A DNA stretch of 64,000 nt from positions 8-64,007 of the forward strand of contig CAVQDC010000029.1 in the NCBI GenBank assembly GCA_963711175.1. Direction: 5' to 3'. Every line of letters begins with the position of its first letter. Within the stretch, counting starts at the first letter, position 1. This document shows positions 18,628 through 27,386 of this stretch, one piece after another. This stretch comes from an uncultured Actinomycetota bacterium (GTDB lineage Bacteria; Actinomycetota; Actinomycetes; Propionibacteriales; Nocardioidaceae). The notes beneath the pieces were generated by a model. The model made no database searches and was not told where the DNA came from. It saw nothing but the letters and a program-made list of their open reading frames with translations. Position numbers and translations under genes: made by a program.

Positions 18628-19116
18628 ATGCCCGTCACCGACGTCCAGCACGACCTCGACGCCCTGACCCTGACCATCACCGCCGACTTCGCCGCACCCG
18701 TCGACCGCGTGTGGGAGGTCTACGCCGACCCGCGCCAGCTCGAGCGGGTCTGGGGCCCGCCGACCCACCCGGCGACCTTCGTCGACCACGAGCTCGCCCC
18801 CGGCGGGCGGATGACCTACTACCTGACCACCCCCGAGGGCGAGCACTACTACGCCTACTGGAACATCACGACCGTCGACCGACCGGACGGCTTCTCGTTC
18901 ACCGACGGCTTCGCCCTCGACGATTCCTTCACCCCCGACCCGGACATGCCGGAGTCGAGCCAGGACTACCGGTTCGTCGAGACCGACGGCACGACCCGGG
19001 CCACCTTCGTCTCGAGCTACGCCACTGCCGAGGCCCTCCGGACCGTCCTCGCCATGGGCGTCGTCGAGGGCGCCAGCTCTGCCCTCAACCAGATCGACGA
19101 CCTCCTGGCCTCCTGA
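18628..19116 (+). CDS. SRPBCC/AHSA1-domain protein
   Basis: FAAPVDRVWEVYADPRQLERVWGPP; ArsR-SRPBCC operon context. Confidence 0.88.
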   Translation: MPVTDVQHDLDALTLTITADFAAPVDRVWEVYADPRQLERVWGPPTHPATFVDHELAPGGRMTYYLTTPEGEHYYAYWNITTVDRPDGFSFTDGFALDDSFTPDPDMPESSQDYRFVETDGTTRATFVSSYATAEALRTVLAMGVVEGASSALNQIDDLLAS

Positions 19117-19155
19117 CCCGCACCCACGTCTCGACCCCTACGAAAGGCCACACCC

Positions 19156-19728
19156 ATGCGACCCATCGTCGTCACCGAGTTCATCACCCTCGACGGCATC
19201 GTCGACTCCCCCGGCGGCGGGGACCACCCGCACGGCGGCTGGACGTTCCAGGACGTCGAGTTCGACCCGGCGGCCTACGAGATCAAGGGCCGCGAGACCC
19301 TCGAGGCGTCCGCACTCCTGTTCGGTCGCCAGTCGTACGACGAGTTCGCCCCGGTGTGGCCCTCGATGGAGGAGTTCGCGACCTACAACGCGATGCCCAA
19401 GTACGTCGTGTCGACGACGTTGTCCGGCGACACCGTGCCGTGGGGCGAGGGCGAGGTGCACGTGCTGCGCTCGCTGGGCGACGTCGCCGCACTGAAGGAG
19501 ACCGAGGGCGGCGAGATCCACGTCCACGGCAGCCCGACCCTGGCCAGGGGCCTCGCGGCCGCCGGACTCGTCGACCGCTACCACCTGCTCGTCTTCCCGA
19601 TCATGCTCGGCAGCGGCAAGCGCCTGTTCACCGACGGCGACGCACCGGCGAAGACCAGGCTGGCGCTCATCGAGCACGCCGCCTACTCCAACGGGATCAC
19701 CCTGCAGCGCTACGACGTCGTCCGCTGA
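19156..19728 (+). CDS. Dihydrofolate reductase/RibD C-terminal family protein
   Basis: FITLDGIV, LLFGRQSY, PKYVVS and LVDRYHLLVFPIMLGSGKRLF. Confidence 0.9.
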   Translation: MRPIVVTEFITLDGIVDSPGGGDHPHGGWTFQDVEFDPAAYEIKGRETLEASALLFGRQSYDEFAPVWPSMEEFATYNAMPKYVVSTTLSGDTVPWGEGEVHVLRSLGDVAALKETEGGEIHVHGSPTLARGLAAAGLVDRYHLLVFPIMLGSGKRLFTDGDAPAKTRLALIEHAAYSNGITLQRYDVVR

Positions 19729-19775
19729 CGGTGAACGTGGTGGCCTGAGGCCCGCGCAGGCGCAAGACTCTCCCG

Positions 19776-21620
19776 GTGGAACTCGCCCTGCTGCTGGTCT
19801 CGATGGCCGCCGTCGTGTTGTCGGTCGCCGCCGTCAGCGACCGCCTGCACGTCCCCGCGCCGCTCCTGCTGATCGTGGTCGGCGCGGCCGCGTCGTACGT
19901 CCCGGGGCTGCCCACCATCCACCTCGAGTCCGAGGTCGTCCTGCTGGGCCTGCTGCCGCCACTGCTCTACGCGGCGGCCATCCAGACCTCGCTCGTCGAC
20001 TTCAATGCCAACCGCGGCTCGATCCTGCGGCTCTCGGTGGTCCTCGTGGTCATCACCACGCTGGCGGTGGGCGCAGTCGTGCAGTGGCTGGTGCCCGACA
20101 TCGGCTGGGCCGCTGCCATCGCGATCGGCGCGGTCGTCGCACCACCCGACGCCGTCGCGGCGACCGCGGTCGCCAAGCGGATCGGCCTGCCGCGGCGCGT
20201 CGTGACGATCCTCGAGGGCGAGTCGCTGCTCAACGACGCCACCGCTCTCGTCGCCCTCCGCACCGCGATCGCCTTCCTCGCCGGGAGCCTGACGATCGCC
20301 GAGGTCGGGCTCGACTTCGTCCGCGCGGCCGGCGGGGGCATCGTCGTCGGCTTCGCCTTCTTCCTGCTGATCGCCTGGCTGCGCAAGCGGATCACCGATC
20401 CCCTGATGGACACCGGCATCTCGTTCCTCACGCCGTTCGCGGCCTACGTGGCGGCCGAGGAGATCCACGCGTCCGGCGTGATCTCGGTCGTCGTCGCCGG
20501 CCTGATGCTGGGCCACAAGGCGCCGATCATCCAGACCGCGCAGTCGCGGATCACCGAGCGGATCACCTGGGGCACCGTCGCCTTCATGCTGGAGAACACG
20601 GTCTTCCTGCTGATCGGCCTGCAGCTCGACTGGATCCTCGAGGACGTCACCGCGTCCACCCTCTCCACGGGACGCATCGCGCTCGTCTGTGGCGCCACCT
20701 TGCTGACGGTGGTCGTGGTCCGGCTCGGCTGGGTCTTCACCACGCTGCTCTTCCGCCGCCACGGCGAGAACCCGCTGCCGGCGTCGTGGACCTTCCTCGT
20801 CGGCTGGGCCGGGATGCGCGGCGTCGTCACCTTGGCCGCCGCGTTCGTCATCCCCGACGACGCCCCGCACCGCGAGGTCCTGCTGCTCGTCGCCTTCACC
20901 GTGGTCGCGGGCACGCTCCTGATCCAGGGACTCACGCTCCCCCTCCTCACCCGCGCGCTCGGCGTACCTGCTCCCGACCCCGCCGAGGACGCGCTCGCCC
21001 GCGCGGCGCTGCTCCAGCAGGCGGCCGATGCGGGGTACGCCAAGCTCGAGGAGCTCGAGTACGACGACCACCACGGGGTCTCCGAGCAGATCCGGGCACG
21101 CCTCGACCAGCGCTCGTTCGCCGCCTGGGAGCAGCTCGCCACCGCCGAGGACGCCGAGACGCCGTCGCAGCTCTACGCCCGCATCCGCGGGGAGATGATC
21201 GACGCCGAGCGCGCCAAGGTCCTGCTCGTGCGCAGCAAGGGCAACATCCCCTCCGACGTCGTCAGCCAGGTGCTCGGTCTCCTCGACATCGAGGAGTCCA
21301 TGCTCGACGCGGGGGCCGAGGCACCGGAGCGCACCCGCATCGGGTCGCTCACCTACACCGCCGGACGCCAGTGCGACGACCTCGAGGCCAACCCCGCCAT
21401 CGACACCGTCGCCGACCCGGCCTGCGCGATCTGCCTGGCCGACGGCACCCGCTGGGTCTCGCTGCGCCAGTGCCTCGAGTGCGGCGAGGTCGGCTGCTGC
21501 GACTCCTCGGTCGGCAAGCACGCGACCGCGCACTTCCACGAGACCCTCCACCCCGTCATGGAGTCGGCCGAGCCCGACGAGTCCTGGCGCTGGTGCTACG
21601 TCCACAACCTCACCGGCTGA
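19776..21620 (+). CDS. CPA1 Na+/H+ antiporter fused to a C-terminal UBP-type zinc finger
   Basis: PPLLY, APPDAVA, LEGESLLNDATA and WAGMRGVV. C-terminal CAIC..LRQCLECGEVGCCDSS..KHATAHF. Confidence 0.9.
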   Translation: MELALLLVSMAAVVLSVAAVSDRLHVPAPLLLIVVGAAASYVPGLPTIHLESEVVLLGLLPPLLYAAAIQTSLVDFNANRGSILRLSVVLVVITTLAVGAVVQWLVPDIGWAAAIAIGAVVAPPDAVAATAVAKRIGLPRRVVTILEGESLLNDATALVALRTAIAFLAGSLTIAEVGLDFVRAAGGGIVVGFAFFLLIAWLRKRITDPLMDTGISFLTPFAAYVAAEEIHASGVISVVVAGLMLGHKAPIIQTAQSRITERITWGTVAFMLENTVFLLIGLQLDWILEDVTASTLSTGRIALVCGATLLTVVVVRLGWVFTTLLFRRHGENPLPASWTFLVGWAGMRGVVTLAAAFVIPDDAPHREVLLLVAFTVVAGTLLIQGLTLPLLTRALGVPAPDPAEDALARAALLQQAADAGYAKLEELEYDDHHGVSEQIRARLDQRSFAAWEQLATAEDAETPSQLYARIRGEMIDAERAKVLLVRSKGNIPSDVVSQVLGLLDIEESMLDAGAEAPERTRIGSLTYTAGRQCDDLEANPAIDTVADPACAICLADGTRWVSLRQCLECGEVGCCDSSVGKHATAHFHETLHPVMESAEPDESWRWCYVHNLTG

Positions 21621-21634
21621 CTAGGCTCATCGAC

Positions 21635-23296
21635 ATGGGAGCGCCCGCCATCGTCATCGCCTCCGCCCACCACGGTGACGTCCTGGCCGAAGCATTCGGC
21701 CGCTACGAGCGGGAGTACGACGTGCGGTTGGTGCACGACGAGGTCTCGGCGAAGGCGACAGCGAAGGACCTGATGACCTCCGGGCACCAGGTCGCGCTCT
21801 TCGTGATCGACAGCGACCACGACGAAGAGAAGCTCTACGGACTCATCGGCGGCACCCGCAAGGCCGTGCCGACGGCGCGAAGGCTGATCGTGTCGCACAT
21901 CAGCCGCTTCCGCGAGGACAACGCCACGTTCCGCCACGCGGTGGCGGCGGGCAAGGTCGACGCGCTGCTGCTGATGCCGCAGGGCCCGCGCGACGAGGAG
22001 TTCCACGGCGCGGTCGGCGAGATGCTCAACGAGTGGAACGCCACCGTCGCCACACCCGTCGTGGAGAACGTCCGCATCGTCACCCCCGAGAAGGACGCCC
22101 TGACGCGTGACCTGCTCGACTACCTGGGCCGGGTCGGGATGCCTGCGGGCGTGCACCACCCCGACAGCGACGTCGGCCGCGAGATCATGGCGAACTGCCC
22201 CGACGACGAGGGCCGCTGGCCGGTCGTGTCCTCGCTCGTCGGATGGTGCGGCCACTGCCCGAGCGTGCGGGCGCTCGCCAACCAGCTCTACGGCCGTCCC
22301 GACGAGATCGACCTCGACGAGGTCGTCGACCTGGTCGTCGTCGGTGCCGGACCGGCGGGCCTCGCGGCCAGCGTGTACGCGTCGAGCGAGGGCCTCTCGA
22401 CCGTGTGCCTCGAGGCCGAGGCGATCGGCGGGCAGGCGGGCACCAGCTCGATGATCCGCAACTACCTCGGCTTCCCGCGCGGCATCTCCGGCATGCGGCT
22501 CGCCCAGCGGGCGCGCGGCCAGGCGCTGCGGTTCGGCACCCGCTTCTTCACCGGCTGGCCGGCGACCGGCATCTCGCCGTGCGAGGACGGCGGCCACCAC
22601 ATCGTGCACACCGAGGGCGGCGACGTGCATGCCCGCACCGTGCTGGTCGCGACGGGCGTCAACTACCGCCGGCTCGGAGTGGACTCGATCGAGGAGCTCG
22701 TCGGGCGCGGGGTGTTCTACGGCGCCGCGATGGCCGCTGCTCGCGAGCTCGCCGGCGACCACGTGGTCATCGTCGGCGGTGGCAACTCGGCCGGGCAGGC
22801 CGCGATCCACGCCGCCCGCTTCGCCAAGGAGGTCACGATCCTCGTCCGACGCCCGGACCTCACCGCCACCATGTCGTCGTACCTCATCAACGAGATCGAG
22901 TGGAACCCGCGGATCACGGTCCGCGGCTCGGCGTGCGTCGTGGACGGCGGCCCCGACGACGTCGGTCACCTCGGCTGGATCACCGTCGAGGACGTCGACA
23001 CCGGGGCGCACGAGCGGATGGAGGCACGCGGCCTCTTCCTGCTGCTCGGGGCGGCACCCGAGTGCGGGTGGCTGCCCGACACCGTGCTGCGTGACGAGCG
23101 CGGCTTCGTGCTGACCGGTCGCGACATCCCGCGCGAGGGCTGGGTCGAGGACGTCCCGCCCGAGGACCTCGCCACGACCGTGCCGGGCATCTTCGCCGGC
23201 GGTGACATCAGGTCGGGCTCGATGAAGCGCGTCGCGTCAGCCACCGGCGAGGGTGCCTCGGTCGTGTCCTCGGTGCATGCCTGGCTCGGCCAGTAG
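21635..23296 (+). CDS. Thioredoxin-reductase-like FAD oxidoreductase with a degenerate receiver-like N-terminus
   Basis: VVGAGPAGLAA, GGQAGTSSMIRNYLGFP, VGGGNSAGQAA and GIFAGGD. The CxxC position reads GAAM. Confidence 0.85.
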   Translation: MGAPAIVIASAHHGDVLAEAFGRYEREYDVRLVHDEVSAKATAKDLMTSGHQVALFVIDSDHDEEKLYGLIGGTRKAVPTARRLIVSHISRFREDNATFRHAVAAGKVDALLLMPQGPRDEEFHGAVGEMLNEWNATVATPVVENVRIVTPEKDALTRDLLDYLGRVGMPAGVHHPDSDVGREIMANCPDDEGRWPVVSSLVGWCGHCPSVRALANQLYGRPDEIDLDEVVDLVVVGAGPAGLAASVYASSEGLSTVCLEAEAIGGQAGTSSMIRNYLGFPRGISGMRLAQRARGQALRFGTRFFTGWPATGISPCEDGGHHIVHTEGGDVHARTVLVATGVNYRRLGVDSIEELVGRGVFYGAAMAAARELAGDHVVIVGGGNSAGQAAIHAARFAKEVTILVRRPDLTATMSSYLINEIEWNPRITVRGSACVVDGGPDDVGHLGWITVEDVDTGAHERMEARGLFLLLGAAPECGWLPDTVLRDERGFVLTGRDIPREGWVEDVPPEDLATTVPGIFAGGDIRSGSMKRVASATGEGASVVSSVHAWLGQ

Positions 23297-23298
23297 GC

Positions 23299-23676
23299 CT
23301 AGTACTCCAGCAGCAGGAACAGCACGGCGAGCGCGGGCAGCGTGCCCTGGGTGAGCGCCGCCCGCATCATCGAGCGGTCGTGGGTCACCAGGACGATGGC
23401 CGCGGCCAGCATCGATCCGGTCCCGGCGAGGGCGAGCGCGGTGCCGGCGAGGTGCTCGTCCTTGTACATCGCCAGACCGACGAGCGTGATGATCGCCAGG
23501 AAGAGGTTGTAGAAGCCCTGGTTGTAGGCCAGCGGCTTGGTGATCTCGGCGTCGGCCTCGGAGGTGCCGAACGTCTTGCGCGTGGACGGCTCGGTCCAGC
23601 GGAACGACTCGAGGACCCAGATGTAGACGTGGAGCAGCGCAGCCAGGATCGCAAAGCCCGCCATGGGGATCGTCAT
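23299..23676 (-). CDS. DUF1304-type membrane protein
   Basis: LHVYIWVLE, YNQGFYNLFLA and AALTQG. Confidence 0.85.
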   Translation of the reverse strand: MTIPMAGFAILAALLHVYIWVLESFRWTEPSTRKTFGTSEADAEITKPLAYNQGFYNLFLAIITLVGLAMYKDEHLAGTALALAGTGSMLAAAIVLVTHDRSMMRAALTQGTLPALAVLFLLLEY

Positions 23677-23782
23677 GGCCGAACCCTAGGCCCACCTACC
23701 CCTGCGAGGGTGGCAGCGCGACCCGGGGCGCGACCATGATCGGGCCGACGGCTACCCCGCCGTCATGGTCAAGGAGGTCCTC

Positions 23783-23998
23783 ATGGGACGACTGATCGGC
23801 ATCCTGCTCGTGCTCTGGTTGATCATCGGAGCATTCGCAGCCTTCCAGCGCGGCTACTTCGAGGACGCGAAGACGAACTGCTCGGAGACGAGCGACATCG
23901 CGCTCAACATCGTCGCCGGCCCGCTCAACTACACCGGCATCAACCCCAAGGTGAAGTGCTCGGACGTCAACGTCGACACCCCGAAGCCCTCGAAGTAG
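23783..23998 (+). CDS. Small secreted/membrane protein with two Cys
   Basis: AAGGAGG RBS. MGRLIGILLVLWLIIGAFAAFQRGYF..C..IVAGPLNY.GINPKVKC. Confidence 0.75.
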   Translation: MGRLIGILLVLWLIIGAFAAFQRGYFEDAKTNCSETSDIALNIVAGPLNYTGINPKVKCSDVNVDTPKPSK

Positions 23999-24002
23999 GG
24001 CC

Positions 24003-24224
24003 TCACGGGCGGGAGTTGCGCGGGTGGTTCCTCGCCGTCCGCTCATTGCCCCGCCGGTAGTTGCCCGTGACGCGCGCCATCAGCTCCTGGTCGTCGTCGT
24101 CCTCGACGTCGACCAGGAATCGTGCCGCCGCGGCGCCCCTCAGCACCGTGGCGCGGCGACCGTGGTGGGAGATCACGACCTCACCGCGTCGCGTCTCGTA
24201 GTCGAAGCCTTCGGGTCCGGGCAC
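24003..24224 (-). CDS. Small hypothetical protein (73 aa)
   Basis: ISHHGRRATVLRG..QELMARVTGNYRRGNER; GC3-biased codons. Confidence 0.7.
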   Translation of the reverse strand: MPGPEGFDYETRRGEVVISHHGRRATVLRGAAAARFLVDVEDDDDQELMARVTGNYRRGNERTARNHPRNSRP

Positions 24225-24250
24225 GCGCCCAGCCTGTCAGGGCGGGCGAC

Positions 24251-24856
24251 TCAGGACGACGTGTTTTCGAGCCACGCGGGGCGCCAGTCCGCGTCCGGGT
24301 CCTCGCCGACCCGACCGTCGACCGCCTCGCGCAACAGGTCCGCGTGCCCGGTGTGCCGGGAGTACTCCTCGAGGAGGTCGATGAGCAGGCGCCGCAGCCG
24401 CGGGTGGTTGCCGTTGCCGTCGTCGACGTGTGCCACGAGATCGGCGCCACCACCCCCTTCGGCGAGGGCGGCCTCGATCCGGGCGGTGTTGCGCACGACC
24501 GCCTCGTCGAAGACGGCGTACGTCTCGGCCGCGGTGAACGCCTCGGTGGTGAACTCCCACTCGTCGGTGCCGTCGTGGCCGAGCGAGCGCCACGGCTCGA
24601 CCATGTCCTCGCCGCGCAGCTTGGTGGTGAGGTAGTAGTCCTCCCCCATCGCCAGGTGCAGCAGCAGCCCGCCCAGCGACAGGCGCGACGACGGGAGCCG
24701 GTGGCGCAGGCCCGCCTCGTCGAGGCCGTCGGCCTTCCAGCGCAGCGTGGCGCGCATCCGGTCGAGGGCCCCCACCAGGTGCTCGGCCTCGGTGCCGTCG
24801 ATCGGCGGCTCCCACGGCGGCGGGACCCAGACATCGTTCTGCTCCTCGGTGCTCAT
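24251..24856 (-). CDS. DinB/DUF664 family (mycothiol-transferase-like)
   Basis: LRWKADGLD, SLGGLLLHLA and EEYSRHTGHADLLREAVDG. Confidence 0.88.
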   Translation of the reverse strand: MSTEEQNDVWVPPPWEPPIDGTEAEHLVGALDRMRATLRWKADGLDEAGLRHRLPSSRLSLGGLLLHLAMGEDYYLTTKLRGEDMVEPWRSLGHDGTDEWEFTTEAFTAAETYAVFDEAVVRNTARIEAALAEGGGGADLVAHVDDGNGNHPRLRRLLIDLLEEYSRHTGHADLLREAVDGRVGEDPDADWRPAWLENTSS

Positions 24857-24964
24857 GTCGTCGACGCTAGCGGCGGTTCCGGACGTTCGGGGGCCGCATC
24901 GGAGCCGATCACCATCCGTTCGTCGCGTCGGCGACGAATCCACGGCATGGGCCAGCCCGACACC

Positions 24965-25171
24965 ATGTTCGCCAGCAGCAGCGTCTCGCGCCACCTCGTA
25001 CGCGGGGCGCTGGGGCTGCCGCTGATGGTGGCCGCCTTCGTGCTCGTGCCGTGGCTCGGCGCGTGGGCGTTGCTGCTCATCGCGCCCGCCGCCGTCCTCC
25101 TGCGCGGGTGCCCGACCTGCTGGGCGCTGGGGCTGGCGCAGACCTGCGCGCTGCCCCGCGAGCGCCGCTGA
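24965..25171 (+). CDS. Small membrane protein with a CxxC motif
   Basis: MFASSSVSRHLVRG, two hydrophobic segments, LRGCPTCWALGL. Confidence 0.65.
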   Translation: MFASSSVSRHLVRGALGLPLMVAAFVLVPWLGAWALLLIAPAAVLLRGCPTCWALGLAQTCALPRERR

Positions 25172-25172
25172 C

Positions 25173-25466
25173 TCAGCCCACGGGCTGCAGCGGGTGGATC
25201 GCGACGTCGCCGCTGAGGGCGCCGTCTGCTGCCGCGAACGCGGCCGCCACGTGCGGCATGCCCATGTGGGCGTCGAGGGCTGCCTGGTCGGTCCACCGCT
25301 CGATGGTCACGAAGGTGCCGGGAGCGCTGGCCGACTCGAAGAGGTCGTAGCCCAGGCAGCCGTCCTCGGCCAGGGTCGCCGCAACCAGCTCCTTGAGGGC
25401 CGCGCGAATCGCGTCGGCTGCCTCGGGCTTGGCGGGGATGGTGGCGACGACCTGGAGCTCACTCAT
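25173..25466 (-). CDS. ABM-family (putative quinol) monooxygenase
   Basis: EDGCLGYDLF, FVTIERW and LDAHM..PH; GAAAGGA RBS. Confidence 0.88.
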   Translation of the reverse strand: MSELQVVATIPAKPEAADAIRAALKELVAATLAEDGCLGYDLFESASAPGTFVTIERWTDQAALDAHMGMPHVAAAFAAADGALSGDVAIHPLQPVG

Positions 25467-25550
25467 GGGAGTCCTTTCGATGAGGGAGCCCCAGTGTGCG
25501 CCGTCGGGGCCGGCTTGACCATGCCTGTGTGGAAGGTCTGTCCAGCCGAG

Positions 25551-25715
25551 TCAGTCGTCGCTGTGGTGGCGGTGCCTGTAGCCCTTCTCGCCCGGGTGGT
25601 CGCCCTCGACCGCGCGTGCGCCGAGGACCCGCATCGCGATGAAACCGCCTGCGCCGGCCACGACGACCAGCGCGATCAGCGTCATCGCCACTGTTGAGCT
25701 CAACATGTCCATCAT
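25551..25715 (-). CDS. Small membrane protein (54 aa), below the ORF-track cutoff
   Basis: GGAGG RBS then MMDMLSSTVAMTLIALVVVAGAGGFIAMRVLGARAVEGDHPGEKGYRHRHHSDD*. Confidence 0.6.
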   Translation of the reverse strand: MMDMLSSTVAMTLIALVVVAGAGGFIAMRVLGARAVEGDHPGEKGYRHRHHSDD

Positions 25716-25797
25716 GTCGCTCACCTCCTGCTTCGAGGCTAGGGCGGTTCGGCCGTTCTGCTCCTTACGTGATGGTGACGCTGGCTAGGCTCGGCCG

Positions 25798-26115
25798 GTG
25801 CCCGACTCGACCCGCGTCCCCACCGCTCCCCTCCTCGCCGCCGGACTGGTCGGAGGCTTCGCGCTCGCCCAGCAGACCGGCGTACGCCCCCTCGGCGGAG
25901 CAGTGATGCTCGCGGCCAACGCGGCAGCCGTGCGTCAGTGGCACGCCGTCGGCGGGTTCCCGCTCGCGGCCGGCCTGACCGCTGCCTACTGGACCGCGAT
26001 GGGGGTCTCGCACCCGCTCGCGAAGAAGGTCGGCACCTGGCCGTCCGTCCTCGGCGTCACCGCGGCCAGCGCCGGCGCGGCCTGGGTGCTGGCCGACCGG
26101 CGCGCGGCTCGCTGA
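25798..26115 (+). CDS. Small membrane hypothetical protein
   Basis: Hydrophobic 105-aa ORF (SHPLAKKVGTWPSV); TAGGCT -10 upstream. Confidence 0.7.
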   Translation: MPDSTRVPTAPLLAAGLVGGFALAQQTGVRPLGGAVMLAANAAAVRQWHAVGGFPLAAGLTAAYWTAMGVSHPLAKKVGTWPSVLGVTAASAGAAWVLADRRAAR

Positions 26116-26120
26116 CCTGC

Positions 26121-26357
26121 TCAGTCCTCGGGCAGGTCGGCGTAGGCCTGCTTCATGTCGCGGTACCACCCGAGGGACTTCTTCGGGTGCTTCCAGCGAC
26201 CCTTCATCTCGTCCCGCGCCGGCTGGTGGGCGGCGTCGCCGTCCTTCTCCGCCTGCTTGAGGTGCTTGTCCTGGGCGTTGATCACGTCGTCGTGCGACTC
26301 CCCGCGGTGGGCGAGGTCGCACGGGCCGCCGAGCTGGCGGCAGGTCATCGTCTTCAT
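26121..26357 (-). CDS. DUF1059-like small Cys/His protein
   Basis: MKTMTCRQLGGPCD..QDKH; AGGAGG RBS. Confidence 0.75.
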   Translation of the reverse strand: MKTMTCRQLGGPCDLAHRGESHDDVINAQDKHLKQAEKDGDAAHQPARDEMKGRWKHPKKSLGWYRDMKQAYADLPED

Positions 26358-26386
26358 CGGGTTCTCCTCCTGGGTGCTGTCACTGG

Positions 26387-26416
26387 TCTGACGATCCGCG
26401 GGTCCGAGGTGTGACC
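26387..26416 (-). promoter_or_regulatory. ECF41-like promoter of the DUF1059-like gene
   Basis: GGTCACA-N16-CGTCAGA; identical boxes occur upstream of the sigma gene. Confidence 0.7.
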
Positions 26417-26426
26417 GGCGGCCTGC

Positions 26427-27314
26427 TCACGCCGGGTCAGCGCCGGAGCGGCGGACGACCCGGGCGAGGACCGCGGGCTCGGCGCGGAAGGTGATGCCGC
26501 GGACCTGGCCGTCGGTGATGGTGAAGTCGAAGACCACCTTGGCCTCGCCCCTGAGGAACCAGGCCGACGCGGGACGGTCGCCGACGAGCACCGGGAACGC
26601 CGACTGCGCGCTGCCGTTGAAGAAGGTGGCCACCTCGTCACGGCCCGTGATCGAGGCCGGGGTGCCGGCCAGCACGGCGGCCTCGTCGGCCCCGACGACG
26701 GCGTCGGGCGCGAGGAGCTGCAGCAGCCGCTCGAAGTCGCCGCCACGGGCGGCGGTCATGAACGCGTCGACGACCTCCCAGTCCGCGAGGGCATCCTCGG
26801 GAGCCGGCTGGGCGACCTTGGAACGCGCCCTCGAGGCGAGCTTGCGGGCGGCGACCGGGGTCGTGTCGAGCACCGCCGCGATCGTGCCGAACTCGAAGCC
26901 GAAGCTGTCGTGCAGGACGAACGCCACCCGCTCGCGCGGCGACAGCCGGTCGATCACGGCCTGCAGTGCGATGCCGACGGTGTCGGCGAGCGCGACGTCG
27001 TCGGCCGGGTCGGGTGCGGTCCCGGCGACCTCGACGTCCTCGACCGGCACGGGCGTACGCGCGCGCAGCCGGTCGAGGCAGAGCCGGGTGGTCACGGTGG
27101 TCAGCCAGGCGGGGAGGTTCTCGATCTCAGTGGGCTGATCGGAGCCGGCATCGCGGGTCAGCGCACGGTCGAGCCGCAGCCAGGCCTGCTGGACGACGTC
27201 CTCGGCCTCGGCGTGGTCGCCGAGCACCCGGCTCGCGAGGGCGAGCAGCCGCGGTCGCTCGCCCTCGAAGATCTCCGTCTCGTCCATGTGCTCCACCCTC
27301 TCCGTCGCCATCAT
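26427..27314 (-). CDS. ECF sigma-70 factor with C-terminal SnoaL-like extension (ECF41/SigJ-like)
   Basis: EAEDVVQQAWLRL, WLTTVTTRLCLDRLR, LSPRERVAFVLHDSFG and LLAPDAV. Confidence 0.9.
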   Translation of the reverse strand: MMATERVEHMDETEIFEGERPRLLALASRVLGDHAEAEDVVQQAWLRLDRALTRDAGSDQPTEIENLPAWLTTVTTRLCLDRLRARTPVPVEDVEVAGTAPDPADDVALADTVGIALQAVIDRLSPRERVAFVLHDSFGFEFGTIAAVLDTTPVAARKLASRARSKVAQPAPEDALADWEVVDAFMTAARGGDFERLLQLLAPDAVVGADEAAVLAGTPASITGRDEVATFFNGSAQSAFPVLVGDRPASAWFLRGEAKVVFDFTITDGQVRGITFRAEPAVLARVVRRSGADPA

Positions 27315-27322
27315 CGCAATCC

Positions 27323-27352
27323 TCTGACGCGCGAGCGGGCGCAGATGTGACC
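27323..27352 (-). promoter_or_regulatory. ECF41-like autoregulatory promoter
   Basis: GGTCACA-N16-CGTCAGA directly upstream of the sigma start. Confidence 0.7.
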
Positions 27353-27386
27353 GAGCTCGTCACCGGACGTTGGGCACACTGGATCC

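Noticed and set aside
20084-23296. 1070-aa ORF suggesting an antiporter-reductase fusion
   Set aside because: The upstream part is an off-frame Arg/Pro-rich shadow of the antiporter gene. The real protein starts at ATG 21635 behind its own -10.
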